This document shows, in pieces, positions 1 through 14,239 of a DNA stretch of 64,000 nt. The stretch's first letter is position 1. Each line of letters opens with the position of its first letter. Under the pieces are notes generated by a model that saw nothing but the letters and a program-made list of their open reading frames with translations, was not told the DNA's origin and did not search any database. The stretch is from Octopus sinensis (taxonomy: Eukaryota): contig NC_043005.1 of the NCBI RefSeq assembly GCF_006345805.1, forward strand, positions 84,444,001 through 84,508,000. Reading direction: 5' to 3'. Both the position numbers and the translations under genes were made by a program.

Positions 1-371
1 GGTTGGTGCTTTTTATGTGCTACCGGCACAGAAGCCAGTCAAGGTGGTGCTGGCATCAGCCACGTTCGGATGGTGCTTTTTACATGCCACCGGCACAGGT
101 ATCACAACTACAATTTCCATTTGATATTTATTTTGATTAAACTGATGGCATTTAAAAGGGACCCAGCACCCTCTGTAAAGTGACTGGCCTTAGGAAGGGT
201 GTCCTATCATAGAAACCATGCCACAGCAGACAATTGGAGCCTGCTCAGCTCCTTGGCTGGTCAGCTCCTTGGCTGGTCAGCTCCTTGGCTGGTCAGCTCC
301 TGCCAAACTGTCCAATACATGCCCTAATGGAAAGAGGACGTTAAATGATGATGATGATGATGATGATGATA
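1..371 (+). mobile_element. GAT-tail retroposon (probably long 3' UTR of an RTE-type LINE), 5' end outside the window
   Basis: Internal GTGCTTTTTA(C/T)(A/G)TGC units, AGGAAGGG..TCC..CT..AGAAACCATGCC block, ends GGACGTTAAATGAT(GAT)n; more than 10 related copies in the window. Confidence 0.7.
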
Positions 372-619
372 TATGGCCTAGTTCTCTGTTGGTTATGACA
401 ACAAGCATTCCAGTTGATTCAATCAAAGGAACAGCCTGCTAGGGAAATTAACGTACAAGTGGTTGAGTACTCCACAGACACACGTGTACCCTCAATGCAA
501 AAAAATGAAAGAAAAAGAGAATTTAACATCGTTATGCAATTCTAATAAAACCTTTGTGTTCTTGAACAAAAAAAATACCTTTTCAGCAAAGCCACAACAG
601 TGTAATAACATAACTCACA

Positions 620-1475
620 TTTCCAAAATATCTAATATTTACGTAACTTCATAAATCTGGAAGCAAAAGAAATTGTAATCACACTTAAAACAGATGAAAG
701 AGTACAGCATTTATCGGCATGCATACCATCACTTAATGATCATCTTTAAACACTGATTAATCAGACCTATAAAAACTGAATTAGACATAATTAGCAAGTT
801 TAGCAATGATATCTGAGATTCAATTATACTCAGAATAAAAGTCATTATATATTCTTCCATCGTGAAAGTGTGTCAGTAACGGAATGGTTCTGATAGACTG
901 ATTTGTTTTGGCAGACTTAGCAACAATCAACACTGCAAATTTACTTAATTTGATAACCTAAAATTTCATCTGTCTATAGCCGAACCTCTTCTCAAATCTC
1001 AACTGTTTGCCGACAGCATTGAGACAATCACTGATACTGGCGTTTACCTGTAATTATGTACCTTCTGTTTGCTTTTTGAAAATGTAACCAAGGTTAAAAG
1101 TACCCTGCCACCCAGACAATTTGATGATTGTGCAAGATTTTCCAGAGGGGTAGAATTATGCAACATTGTTAGAATGTATATTTTGGATATTTTGCAATAA
1201 AATGGTTTCTTTACATTCCAAAGTGAGATATATAGAGACGGTGTTTTGTTTTTAGCTCCATGCAATATAAACAATTATGATTTAGAGAGATTTAGAAAAG
1301 ACCTAATAAAACTGTTTGGTGAAACAGGTTTAACAATTACAGTTGTATTACTGCTAAAGGATTAAATTTTTGCATAGTACCTTGAACTTTGATATTAGTA
1401 AATTTTTACCATTGCTAAAAACCTAATAAAAGATTATTTTTTATTGATTCTGTTCACCCACCCAACATTCTTAGT
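620..1475 (+). pseudogene. Degenerate Penelope-like element reverse transcriptase fragment
   Basis: Manual translation across stops and frameshifts gives colinear PLE RT motifs: INLEAKEIVITLKTDERVQHL (651), FT*FDNLKFHLSIAEPLL (~940), GVELCNIVRMYIL (1148), IYRDG (1228; YxDD site), ERFRKDLIKLFGETGLTITV (1286), SVHPPNIL (~1450). Confidence 0.8.
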
Positions 1476-1643
1476 TAAAATATATCCTAATTATTCTCAG
1501 ATGAAGCTATACTTATTATTATTGTAGATGAAGCATTTGATAATAACGACTCTACATACAAAATGTGATGTAAAACTCAGTTTAATGTTTCTTGGCATAA
1601 AAATAGACCAAAAAATACTTTATGGTATAACCCAGTGCATAAT

Positions 1644-1804
1644 TTAACCCTTTAACTGCCCACACCTATCCTGCAATGTCTTTTTAAAAATAAACCATCA
1701 TATCATCAAATCCTTAAAGCTGTGAAATAATATCTGATTAATTCAAAACAATTTGAATAAATAAGCTTTACATTTGACAGAGTAATTTGGATGTTAAAGG
1801 CTAA
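1644..1804. mobile_element. TTAA-type (piggyBac-like) MITE
   Basis: Begins TTAACCCTTTAAC; ends GTTAAAGGCTAAA, a decayed inverted copy. Confidence 0.55.
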
Positions 1805-2289
1805 ATGTATTACTAGACTGTTCTTAAATTCTATATATTTCCATTTTCATATGAACAAGAAATATCATCAGATATTTAATAAAAATTCAATTAAGGTAAG
1901 CTTCACTTTTAAAAGTTTCAAAGTTCAGTTCATCATTTCAATTCCAAGTCTTTCTAACAACAATAACAGTTTCTATTTGTAACTGAACTGCTTCCGTAAA
2001 CATCCACTTAATGGTAATGTCTTTCAAGAGCTTTTATATATGGTGTTGCAGTTGAACCAGATAACAACACCATGCCCAGAATTTTAAAGTTCATTTTGAG
2101 CTACATATTTATTCATTCATTAAAAAAATAATGTTCTACAGATCTTTACAAGTATATTTAGTCTTTAAAAGAAACAAGAAGTGAAGGCATTTAAATTTAA
2201 ATGGCTAATATTTAAACAGAAACCTCGTATGTACATGGCAACTTTTCAACAAATTTAAGCTGTAAACTTTGCATATTACAAAACAGACA

Positions 2290-2352
2290 CACACATGCAT
2301 TCATACATATATACATACACATATACATATATGTACCCATGCATATCATACT

Positions 2353-2392
<40 letters not shown>

Positions 2393-2427
2393 TCATACGT
2401 CGTTAACGTCGTTCTCCATGCTGCATG

Positions 2428-2464
<37 letters not shown>

Positions 2465-2600
2465 CATATATATATATATACATACATATATATATATACA
2501 TACATATATATATAATACATATATACATACATATATATATATACATACATATATATATATATACATATATACATCATATATATATATATACATACATATA

Positions 2601-2634
<34 letters not shown>

Positions 2635-2904
2635 ATATATATACATATATATATATACATCATACATATATATATATATATAACATACATATATATATAT
2701 ACATACATATATATATATACATACATATATATAATACATACATATATATATACATACATATATATATACATACATATATATATACATACATACATATATA
2801 TATACATACATATATAATATACATACATACATATATACATACATACATACATATATAATATACATACATACATATATACATACATACATATATACATACA
2901 TACA

Positions 2905-2977
<73 letters not shown>

Positions 2978-3060
2978 CGCTACAGACAGATGAACAATTG
3001 TCCCACCAGCTTATGTATATGTGCATGCCTGAACACATGCACACACTTAATATATATATG
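2290..3060. repeat. Compound (TA)n/(CATA)n microsatellite
   Basis: Continuous TA/CATA/TACA repeats; source of the YI/MYV-rich ORFs. Confidence 0.97.
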
Positions 3061-3306
3061 ATTTGAAAGTCATGAGAATATATTGGAAAACTTTCAAAAT
3101 TTCGTCATGGAGGGAGAGAAATAACAATTTTGGTTATAAAATATACAGATGAAAGAAAAAAATATCAAACAAATCTATCAACTACATACGTATCTGTGTT
3201 TATACATGCATATGCACGCACATGTGTGTGTGAGTGCGCGTGAAACCATATATATATATATTTGTTTTTTTGCATGTGTTTAAATGTCAGTGAGGGTGTT
3301 TAAACT

Positions 3307-3340
<34 letters not shown>

Positions 3341-3577
3341 AGCATATGCTCCTGTCTGGGTTTTTTGCTTTTTAAAACTTTTTTTAGTTTTATTATTGAT
3401 TTTATGTTGTACTCTAATAGTTAAATGTAATGAATGGATATGCATGTACACACGCACACAGACACACACACACAAAGTAGAAAATTAGATTCAGATATTG
3501 AAGCAAAACCCATAGTAAACACTCTGTAAAAACTCGGCTTGCAGTTTAATACACCTCTCATACCTCCTGATTCTATG

Positions 3578-3608
<31 letters not shown>

Positions 3609-3630
3609 CATGTATATCTGTCTGTCTGTC

Positions 3631-3672
<42 letters not shown>

Positions 3673-4296
3673 TTGTTTTTGTATTTGGCTTGCAAGATTC
3701 TTTATGTGAATACAAGTGTTGAATCATATTTTATTTTGGGAGTCATTCTCTTTTTGTGCCTTATTTAACACACACACTCATTCGATTATACATATATATA
3801 TATATATAATATATATATATATAATATATATATATATATGTATGTATAAATAGTATACATTCATGTATTATACATATATACATATATATGTATATAGGTG
3901 TGTGTGCGTTTATATAATATGCTGATGTATTATAGCAAACACATATATGCACATAAGTACATATGCGTGTATATTTGATTGTTTCTTGTCGGTCTCAGAT
4001 TTGCAACAAAATTAGACATTTTACAAAGGTGTTCATTTCTTGAAATATAAGGTGACAGCATAGATAAAAATTATTGCATGCTCCCAAGAGCTGCCATGGT
4101 TATTGGACAAAAATTTTTTACTGATTAGAAAAATATTTCATTCAAAGTGATTATGTAAATTAGAAGAGTATTTTCAAAGAACAAAATGAAACATTTCCTT
4201 GGAAAATATGAAAAAAATGTCAGAGTAAAATTTTTAATTCAAGTTCAAAATTAGTTTAAGTTTTTTATACATTTTCATGAACCTCAGCTTGATCTC

Positions 4297-5069
4297 CCTT
4301 CCAAATTGCCTGAACTCTTTTCCCGACTGCCTGAGCTCCATTCCCAGTTAACTGAACTCTCTTCCCAATCACCTGAACTCCTTCCAAATTGCCTGAACTC
4401 TTTTCCCGATTGCCTGAGCTCCCTTCCCAGTTAACTGAACTCTCTTCCCAATCACCTGAACTCCCTTCCAAATTAGCTGAACTCTTTTCCTGATTGCCTG
4501 AGCTCCCTACTCAGTCACCAGAACTATCTTCCCAATCACCTGAACTCTTTTCCAAATTGCCTAAGCTCTTTTCCAAATCGCCTGAACTCTTTTCCAAATT
4601 GCTTGAACTCTTTTCCAAATTGCTTGAACTCTTTTCCAAATTGCCTGAACTCTCTTCCCAATCACCTGAACTCCCTTCCAAATTAGCTGAACTCTTTTCC
4701 TGATTGCCTGAGCTCCCTTCTCAGTCACCAGAATTCTCTTCCCAATCACCTGAACTCCTTTCCAAATTGCCTGAGCTCTTTTCCAAATCGCCTGAACTCT
4801 TTTCCAAATTGCTTGAACTCTCTTCCCAATCACCTGAACTCCCTTCCAAATTAGCTGAACTCTTTTCCTGATTGCCTGAGCTCCCTTCTCAGTCACCAGA
4901 ACTCTCTTCCCAATCACCTGAACTCCTTTCCAAATTGCCTGAGCTCTTTTCCAAATCGCCTGAACTCTTTTCCAAATTGCTTGAACTCTTTTCCAAATTG
5001 CTTGAACTCTCTTCCCAATCACCTGAACTCCCTTCCAAATTACCTGAACTCTTTTCCATATTTCCTGAA
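4297..5069. repeat. 21-bp-unit minisatellite with higher-order structure (~37 units)
   Basis: Unit consensus TTTTCCAAATTGCCTGAACTC; variant units recur in a fixed order. Confidence 0.95.
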
Positions 5070-5099
5070 CAAGTTTATGGAAATGTGGTGAGGTTATAG

Positions 5100-5790
5100 T
5101 AATATCAGTGATGAGGATTGAATGAAAGTAGTGCAATGGTGAGAGAGTAAAAGAAGGAAGAAAGAGAGAGAGAGAGAGAAGAGAGGAAAGAGACAGAAAA
5201 AGGAAGTGTGAGTGACATGGAGGGATGGAGAGATTGAGGTAGGGTGAGGGTAGGGGAAGAGAGCTTGAGAGGAGAAGAATGAGAGAAAAGTGGGAGAGAA
5301 TGTGAGAAGGAAGGAAAGAGAGAAAGAGGAGAGACAGCAATAGAGAGAAATATAGAAAGTGTAAGAGAGAGAGGGAAAAAGTGGGAATGAGTGAGAGAGA
5401 GAGAGAGAGAGAGCAAGAAAATAAGAGAAAGTAAAGGGGAGAGAGAGAGAGAAGGTAGAAGGGAAGAGAGAGAGAGAGAGAGATTGTGAGAAAAGAGGAA
5501 AGAATAAAAGAAAGATAAGGAAAGAGAGGGAGAGAGATGTAGAGAAAGACAGAGAAGAGAGTTGATAGAGAAAGAAAGAACAGGTAAGTGGGAGAAAGAG
5601 AAAAGGAAAGAAACAGTGAGAGAGAGATAGAGAGAGGGAGGAGTGAAAAAGAGGCAGAGAGAGGAAGATGTGAAGAAAAAGAGAGAAAGAGAGAGAGAAA
5701 GAAAATGGTGGAAAAATGAATGAAACAGAAAGAGGATGGGAGAGTGAATGAGAGAGAGACAAAGTAGTGTGAGGAGGGGGATGGAGTGTT
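5100..5790. repeat. Polypurine (GA-rich) low-complexity tract
   Basis: Almost exclusively G/A on the + strand. Confidence 0.92.
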
Positions 5791-5950
5791 GTGTCAACTG
5801 CGCAGCATTGAATGCAGTGTGTGCAGCTTGTGTTATGTGCAGTTGGCGTTGCATTGGTCAATAATAACAACAATAAACACACAAACAACAAGTGAAATAC
5901 ACATAAAAAAAACAAACATCCGCTAACACTCACACACACGCATATATGTG

Positions 5951-6014
<64 letters not shown>

Positions 6015-7286
6015 CACATGAACACACATATACACATATGAACAAACACATACACATATGAACACACACACACATATATATACATACACATGAACACACA
6101 CATACACATATGAACACACACATACACATGAACACACACACATATAGATATATACATATGAATGCACACACACACACACACATATATATATACACACACT
6201 CACACATGCATATATCTATATACACATGAACACACACATCCACGCACGCACATAGATATATACACACACTCACACACACACACATATACAGACATGCACA
6301 TACATACACAGTGTAACATAAGGGGGGGAATCACAAGACAGATAAAACAAAATTAATAAAAAAAAAAGTAAAGATAACAATAAGACATAAAAGCAATAAG
6401 GAAAAAAATGTATAAAGTAACAATGATAACAATAATAATAATAATAACGAAAACAATAATGACAATAAAACAGTGATACAAAACATCAGCAAAAATATGG
6501 AGGATAAAAACAATAAACAAGCGAAAGAAAGCAAAACAAACAGAAAAGACAATAAAAATGAATAACAAAAAGAAGCAGCAATAAATAAAAACACTAACAA
6601 ATAAAAAAAAAGTAAAAAAAACAGGTGAAAGCCAATTAGTTTAGTAAGCTTTGAGGGATCTCTGTAATCAAGGTGGACTGGTGCATCATGGGAAATAAGA
6701 GGATGCTGGGAAATATGTGTGTGTGTGTGTGTGCGTGTGTGTGTGTGCGTGTGTGTGTGTGTGATATAGGCAACAGTGTAATAAAGATTTTTAGCAATCT
6801 CTAGATTTTAGGGTTATTTATTGTTTCGCGGACAGTCATAATTATCAGCTTGAGGTGGTTTTTTTTTTGAGATAAACGAAGATGTTTGTGTCTATGTCAT
6901 GTGGTTGTGTTTGTGTGTGTATGTGTGTAAGGGAGTATGGGAGAAGTGCTTGTATAATGCATGTGTGTGTGTGTGTGTGAAAATATAGACCAGCTCCCGT
7001 CAAACCGACCAAACAATGCTAGCATGGAAAATGGAAGTTTGATGGTGATGGTGATAAAATAAAGAAAGAAAGACACAGGAGGAAAGTAAAAGCTTAAAAC
7101 CAGGGAGATTGTGCTTTTTAACGTTTGTGCTTACTTTATATTTGCAACTCCAGAACACCTACTTTTCATCTCCGCCTAGGAACTTCACATTGCATTACCA
7201 CCTGTATGACAAGCATGGCCCCTGTTCCTGTCCCTTTATCATAATTTAACCCTTCAACACCTCTCAATACTCTCTCAATACTGCAT

Positions 7287-7588
7287 TTTGTTTGTTCCTT
7301 CTCGAGCCACGCCTGCCTCATAAGGGCTGGTTTCCCGGTTTCCGTAGCATATAGGTTCCCCACCTGGATGGGACACCAGTCCGTTGCAGGTGAGCTGCAA
7401 GATGCAGGAGGAAAGAGTGAGAGAAAGTTGTGGCAAAAGAGTCAGCAGAAGTTCACCATTGCCTTCTGCCGTAGCTGTGTAGAGCTTAGGTGTTTTGCTC
7501 ATAAACACACACATCGCCCGGTCTGAGATTTGAACCTGTGATCCCTTGACCGCGTGTCCGCTGCTCTAACCACTAGGCCATGTGCCTC
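7287..7588 (-). mobile_element. tRNA-derived SINE with 15-bp target-site duplication
   Basis: Minus strand begins with A-box (TGGCCTAGTGG) and B-box (GGTTCAAATC); flanked by CTCTCAATACTGCAT at 7272-7286 and 7589-7603; partial second copy at ~32985-33150. Confidence 0.85.
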
Positions 7589-8107
7589 CTCTCAATACTG
7601 CATCAATTCAGTTGAGGGGTCTTGTCTTTCAAGTTTCTTGGTGGCTTCACTAATGCTGGTGCCATGAGAAAAAGTACCGAGTACACTCTGTTGAATGGTT
7701 GGCATTGGGGAGGAGATTGAAGCCATAGAAAGCATGCCAAAGTAGGCATTGGAGTCCAAAGCAGTCCTTCAACTCATTAGAACTTACCGAATGTCTGCTG
7801 TTATCAAAGACAGATATTTAATGATGGTATATATGTGTGTGTATATCACAGTATTAACCAGACCATAAGGTGTTGTTACACACCACTGGTCACAATGTGC
7901 TTCCAGTTCTGTCTCGATTGCACCACTCTTTTCCAGGATGATGGAAAGACAATTAGGTCAAGCAATTTGGGTCATGCGTGTATGTATATATACGTATATA
8001 TGTGTGTGCATGTGTACACATACACACACACACATATATATAAATATATAAATAAATATATAAATAAATATATAAATATATATATATACATATATACAAA
8101 TTTGATG

Positions 8108-8512
8108 ACTGCACTGCTTGGCTGGCATCTATACTAGTGGAGCGCTAAAAGCACCATCTGAGCGTGATTGTTACCAGTGTTGCCTTGTGCTGGTGGCATG
8201 TGAAAGACAACATTCGAGCAAGGTCATTGCCAGTCCCACTGAACTGGCTCTTGTGCAGGTGGCACATAAAAAATAACATTTTCAGCATGGCTGTTGCCTG
8301 TACCACCTGACTGGCCCTCGTGCCAGTGGAATGTAAAAGCACCCACTACACTCTTGGAGTGGTTGGCATTAGGAAAGGCATCCAGCTGTAGAAACTCTGC
8401 CAAATCAGATTGGAGCCTGGTGCAGCCATCTGGCTAAGCAGTCCTCAGTCAAACTGTCCAACCCATGCTAGCATGGAAAACGGACGTTAAACGATGATAA
8501 TGATGATGATGA
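8108..8512 (+). mobile_element. GAT-tail retroposon
   Basis: Internal ~50-bp units plus terminal GCATGGAAAACGGACGTTAAACGATGAT tail. Confidence 0.8.
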
Positions 8513-8852
8513 TATATATACACATCATAAACTACATTATGGGTCTGAATATTGATTTTGTTAGTGTTTCATGAGAATGTTAAAATATCATCTATAAATG
8601 AATTTTGTCAAGCAGGTTGTCAATTATGAATCTCATGCTCTCTTTCTCTCTCTCTCTCTCTCACACACACACCACACACACACACACACATGTACATACA
8701 CATACACACATGCAGGAAGACTTATGTCTATCTGAATACATAGACAAATGCAGATAAACCTGTATATGCAACGTGTGCATAGATGAAGATATTCTAACAT
8801 ATAAACATACCTATCACTAGACCTAGTGAACATATATATATATATAAATATA

Positions 8853-8904
<52 letters not shown>

Positions 8905-9308
8905 TGACATTTTGCTTCATATGTATATATTGTATAAAATATACCCATTGGTTCATATATACTTATACATACATATATATATATACACACATACACAAAA
9001 CATTGGTTCATATATACGAATATATATGTCTAACTATTGTCTCATATATATGGATGTGAACGTTGAAACTTCTATGTCATGGTTATAAATGTTATCATGT
9101 TTTTGATGGCTGAAGGCTTATTAAGCTAGTTTAATTGAATGATTGGAAATGGTTTCTCATTATTGCTGACAAAAGAATAAATAAGCATAGACTTATTGCA
9201 TAGAGATGTATATAAAATTACATACATATATATATATAATATATATATATGTGTGTGTGTGTATGTATGTGTATATGTATAAATGTATAAATATATATAT
9301 ATACATGT

Positions 9309-9340
<32 letters not shown>

Positions 9341-9667
9341 ATATATATATACGTGTGTGTGTGTGTGTATGTGTATAACTATATGCATATACACAGAAAC
9401 ATACATATAACTATGCATGCATATGTATGGATAAGTAAAAGTAGACCAACTCTCTCTCACACACATACACATACATATATATGTGTGTGTGTATATATAT
9501 GCACATACACATGTACTCACAGATATGTATACAAACACACAATCATCCACATATTTCTCTCTCTCTCTGTTTATATATACATAATTAAATAGACAGACAC
9601 ACACACACGTTTATGTATTATCATCAAATTTATTTTACATCCTATGTTCCAAATATATATTTGCAAA

Positions 9668-9708
<41 letters not shown>

Positions 9709-10298
9709 TATATGCATGTATGTGTAACACACACACACATTTGTGCACATGTTGTCGCCAACATCATTTTACATGCATGTTCCAAATACATATTTGTGCG
9801 TTTGTTTGTGTATATATATATATATACACACACATACATACATACATACATGCATACATACATATATTTGTGTGTGTATATATATATATATATATGTATG
9901 TATGCATATATACACACACACATATATATATATGTTTATATGTTTTTATGTATGTATATCAACAGTAAATAATAATGATAATAGTAAATATGGTAAATTG
10001 GCAGACTCTTCGCTATTAAGACATATATCAAAGATATGATTAGTCATAAGACTGGGGAAATTGTCCAAATTAATTTCAGAAAATGCTGCAAATGCATGCA
10101 GGCACCAGTTGAATACACACACACATGTATGAATTTACATTTATATACATATTTACAAATAAATATATATATGTACACACATACATATATGTATATATGT
10201 ATAGATTCAGTTATATATACCTTTCGATACACACACATATATATATATATACATACATACATATATATACATAGACACACACACATATACACACATAG

Positions 10299-10330
<32 letters not shown>

Positions 10331-11044
10331 CTGTATATATAGACACAACACACACACATATACACACATAGACATGTATATATATATATATACACACATA
10401 TACACATGCATATACACACACACTCACACATGTATGAAACTAGATTTTCTTACTCTAACAGACACAGACTTTCACAAGAATAAATATTCTAAAACTCCTA
10501 ACATATTACTTAAACACACACACACACACAACACGTGTTCCTACTCGTATACATACATGCCTCTCTCAGCATATCCACACTTGCCCACACACCCTCCCTC
10601 CCACATAAAATGTTCTAAAACACGGTAAATAAATAATTCCACATATTCCTCGAACATTTGTACACACCTCCTTCTCGATACCCTCCTCCCCCAACACACA
10701 CACGCACACATACACACACACACACACACACAAAGCAATGATTTCAATTACCGAGCAGCTAAAAGCGAACTCCTATTTCACCATTATTGCATAATAAATC
10801 CTTGCGAAATATTCTTAGGACAGATTTTGTTTGATGTTTGAGGATATGTTGTTTTCCAGCGAAGCAACCAACATGGAGTACCCCCGACCCCCACCCCATA
10901 CACACACACACTACTCCACCCCATTCTAATGCTTTGAGTAGTTATAATATCTAAACATGGATTAATGGAGCCCTACATGCAGTAGTTTCCTTTTAATGGT
11001 GACGTCACATGTACATACATACATATATATATATTTATATATAT

Positions 11045-11258
11045 AATAACAATGGCTTCAAATTTTGTCACAAGACTAGTAATGTCAGGGGAATTGATCA
11101 ATGAATTGCATCAACACCAGTGCACAGCTGGTATTTATTTTATTGACCCTGAATGGATGAAATGTAAAGTCTGTCTTGGCAGAATTTGAACTTAGAACTT
11201 AAAGATGGATGAAATGCCGCAAAGCATTTCACCCAGCTTGCTAATGATTCTGTCAGCT
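11045..11258 (-). mobile_element. SINE-A
   Basis: Reverse-complement B-box GAATTTGAACTTAGAAC, core ...GACCCTGAATGGATGAAA..., tail AATAA..ATGG.TTCAAATTTTG. Confidence 0.75.
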
Positions 11259-11662
11259 TTACTCTTTACTCTTTTACTTGTTTCAGTCATTTGACTGTGG
11301 CCATGCTGGAGCGCTGCCTTTAGTCGAGCAAATCAACCCCAGAGCTTATTCTTTGTAAGTCTGGTACTTATTCTATCAGTCTTTTGCCAAACCACTAAGT
11401 TACGGGGACATAAATACACCAGCATCAGTTGTCAAGTGATGTTGGAGGACAAACACAGACACAAACATATACACACATATACATATATATACATATATAC
11501 GAAGGGTTTCTTCCAGTTTCCATCTACCAAATTCACTCACAAGGCTTTGGTCAGCCTGAGGCTATAGTAGAAGACTCTTGCCCAAGGTCTCACGCAGTGG
11601 GACTGAACCCAGAACCATGTGGTTGGTAAGCAAGCTCCTTACCATACAGCCACTCCTGCTGC
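11259..11662 (-). mobile_element. SINE-B, near full length
   Basis: From (TACTCTTT) tail through GACTGTGGCCATGCTGGAGC to head CAGCCACTCCTGC. Confidence 0.85.
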
Positions 11663-11689
11663 TTTATATTTTATTGATTCTTTCTACTA

Positions 11690-12230
11690 AAAGCACAAGG
11701 CCTGAAATTTGAAGGGAGGGGACTAGTTGATTACATTGACCCCAGTGTTTCACTGGTACTTAATTTATCAACCCCAAAAGTTTGAAAGGCAAAGTCGACC
11801 TTGGTGGAATTTGAACTCAAAACACAGTGAAGGCAAAATACCACTAAACATTTCATCCAGCTCATCACATCACCTTACATTTTAACAATAATGGTTTCAA
11901 ATTTTGGCATAAGGTCAGAAATTTTGGCAGAGGGGGTAAGTAGATTACATCAATCATAGTGCTAAAATGGTCCTTATTTTATCGACCCCTAAAGTTATGA
12001 AAAGCAAAGTTGACTTTGGTGGAATCTGAGCTCAGAACATTAAGACAGATGAATTTCTACTAAGCATTTTTATCTGGTGTACTAATGGTTTTGTCAGCTT
12101 ACCGCTATAAGTATATATAAAAATACTAATTTCAAATTTTGGTACAAAGAAAGCAATTGTGGAGGAGGGGGTATGTCAATTAAATCAACCCCAGTGCCTA
12201 AGTGGTACTCATTCTATATGAAAGACAAAG
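11690..12230 (-). mobile_element. Cluster of three SINE-A copies (11690-11880, 11885-12105, partial 12125-12230)
   Basis: Repeated AAAGTCGACCTTGG.GGAATTTGAACTC-like core and ACCCCAGTG motif. Confidence 0.75.
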
Positions 12231-12385
12231 TGTTTTATCTGTTTGTGGTAACAGTTTTGCCCAGCTCACAATCTTGAAATAAAACTATAACTAATAGCAG
12301 GTAAATACTTGGGTAAAAAATCCTTTTGGACAGGAAAAGATGAAGGCTGCACATCTCTGACAGTTTCTGAAATCTTATGACTTAA

Positions 12386-12417
<32 letters not shown>

Positions 12418-12683
12418 AAGGGTAAAGGGTACTGATATGAAATCCCCCCATGGGGAACAAAACAGCCAAATAAGAAAAGCTGTGGAAAAGGTACAAGGTC
12501 ATGGTGGTGCTCCAGTATGACCACAGCTACATGACAGAAATGAATAAAAGAACAAAAAGATGGACAAAATTCTGCTAAGTATTTTGCCTGGCATGCTAAC
12601 AATTCTGCCTGCTTGCTGCTTTAAGTATATCAAATAATATTGGTCTAATATTATGGCACAAAGCCAGCAATAAAAAGAATAAT

Positions 12684-12737
<54 letters not shown>

Positions 12738-12947
12738 CATACAGTTGAAAGTTTTTAAAATTGTTTATAGGCAAATGTGTTTGTCAATCAAATTCCAACA
12801 TAGATTTTATAAACTTTCATTTTGTATTTTTACATTTTCACAAGTACTTTCATGTTTTACTACAATCTTCAGGTAAATACATAGTCACATTAACAAACAG
12901 GTAAAGTGTTGCACAATGCACACACACACACACACACACAGACAGAC

Positions 12948-13100
12948 GTAGGCATGGCTGTGTGGTTAGGAGGCTTGCTTCTCAACCACATGGTTTCGAG
13001 TTCAGTCCCACTGCATGAAACCTTGGGAAAGTGTGTTCTGCAATAGCTTCAGACTGACCAAAGCCTTGCGAGTGAATTTGGTAGATAGAAGTTCCCTTCA
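12948..13100 (+). mobile_element. SINE-B 5' half
   Basis: GGCATGGCTGTGTGGTTAGG...GAGTTCAGTCCCACTG head. Confidence 0.75.
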
Positions 13101-13139
13101 TATGAGTACATGTGTGTGTGAAAGTGTTTGTGCCTCTTA

Positions 13140-13435
13140 AATATCTAACATGGTCTCACCTGTTGTTTGACTACAAATGAGGGTTCTGCAATCACTTGTT
13201 GCACATCTTGTACAAATGATTTGTTTATAATGATCAAATGTTTGTATTGCAGATAAACTTATCCACTTCATCAAATCGACATTACCTGTACAGGTGCAAA
13301 TTATTAGGTGTCGAAGTGATCACAGAGCAATGTGAAATGAAGTGTTTTGCTCAACACAACACAACACACTGCCAAGTCTGAGAATTGAAATCATAATTTT
13401 GTGATTGTGAGTGCAACATCCTAACTACTAGGCCG
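13140..13435 (-). mobile_element. SINE-C-like element
   Basis: GAGCAATGTGAAATGAAGTGTTTTGCTCAA...CTAACTACTAGGCC is the reverse complement of the head. Confidence 0.65.
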
Positions 13436-13792
13436 AGTGTGTGTGTAATTACTGTAAATAAGTACCACTATCATATAAGCGAGGTTGTTCATTTCCAATC
13501 TTCCATGAGAAATATGGGGAAATACGATCTGGCTTGAAAACAGGTGAAGCAATGAAATCTGGCTGCAGAAAATCTGCCTCATAAATTCTGTCTGACCCAT
13601 GCAAGCATAGAAAAGTGGACATTAAAATAATGATGATTTATAATAATTATTAACAACAGTATTCACACAAACATGTTCCCATGCATACATTCATCCATCA
13701 ATACATTCATGCTTACTTATATAAATACGCACACACATTCAGCCATCCGCCTTTTGTATTTTGAGCACTTTATATATATATATATATATATA

Positions 13793-14197
13793 ATGTTTAT
13801 ATATTTGTTTTGCAAGATTCTTGATGTGAATTTGTGTGAATCAAGTGAACACCAAATATATAGTGCGTGTGTTTCATTGGCTAAACTGGCAACATGACCA
13901 TCCCGAAATACAACAACAATATATATATATTTATATATATATGTATATTATATGTGACATGTAAAAAGCACCATTCAAGTGTGGTCGTTGCCAGTGCTGC
14001 CTGACTGGCTCCCATGCCAGTGGCATGTAAAAAGCACCCAATACACTCTCGGAGGAAGGGCATCCAGCTGTAGAAACATTGCCATATCGGATTGGAGCCT
14101 AGTGCAGCCATCTGGCTTGCCAGCCTGCAGTCAAACCATCCAACACATGCCAGCATGGAAAGCAGATTTTAAGCTATGACGACGATGATGATGATGC

Positions 14198-14239
<42 letters not shown>

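Noticed and set aside
4561-5340. 259-aa minus-strand ORF with KRVQAIW heptads (coiled-coil-like)
   Set aside because: N-terminus comes from the CT-rich tract, the remainder from the 21-bp minisatellite; stops occur within the array and no splice context is visible
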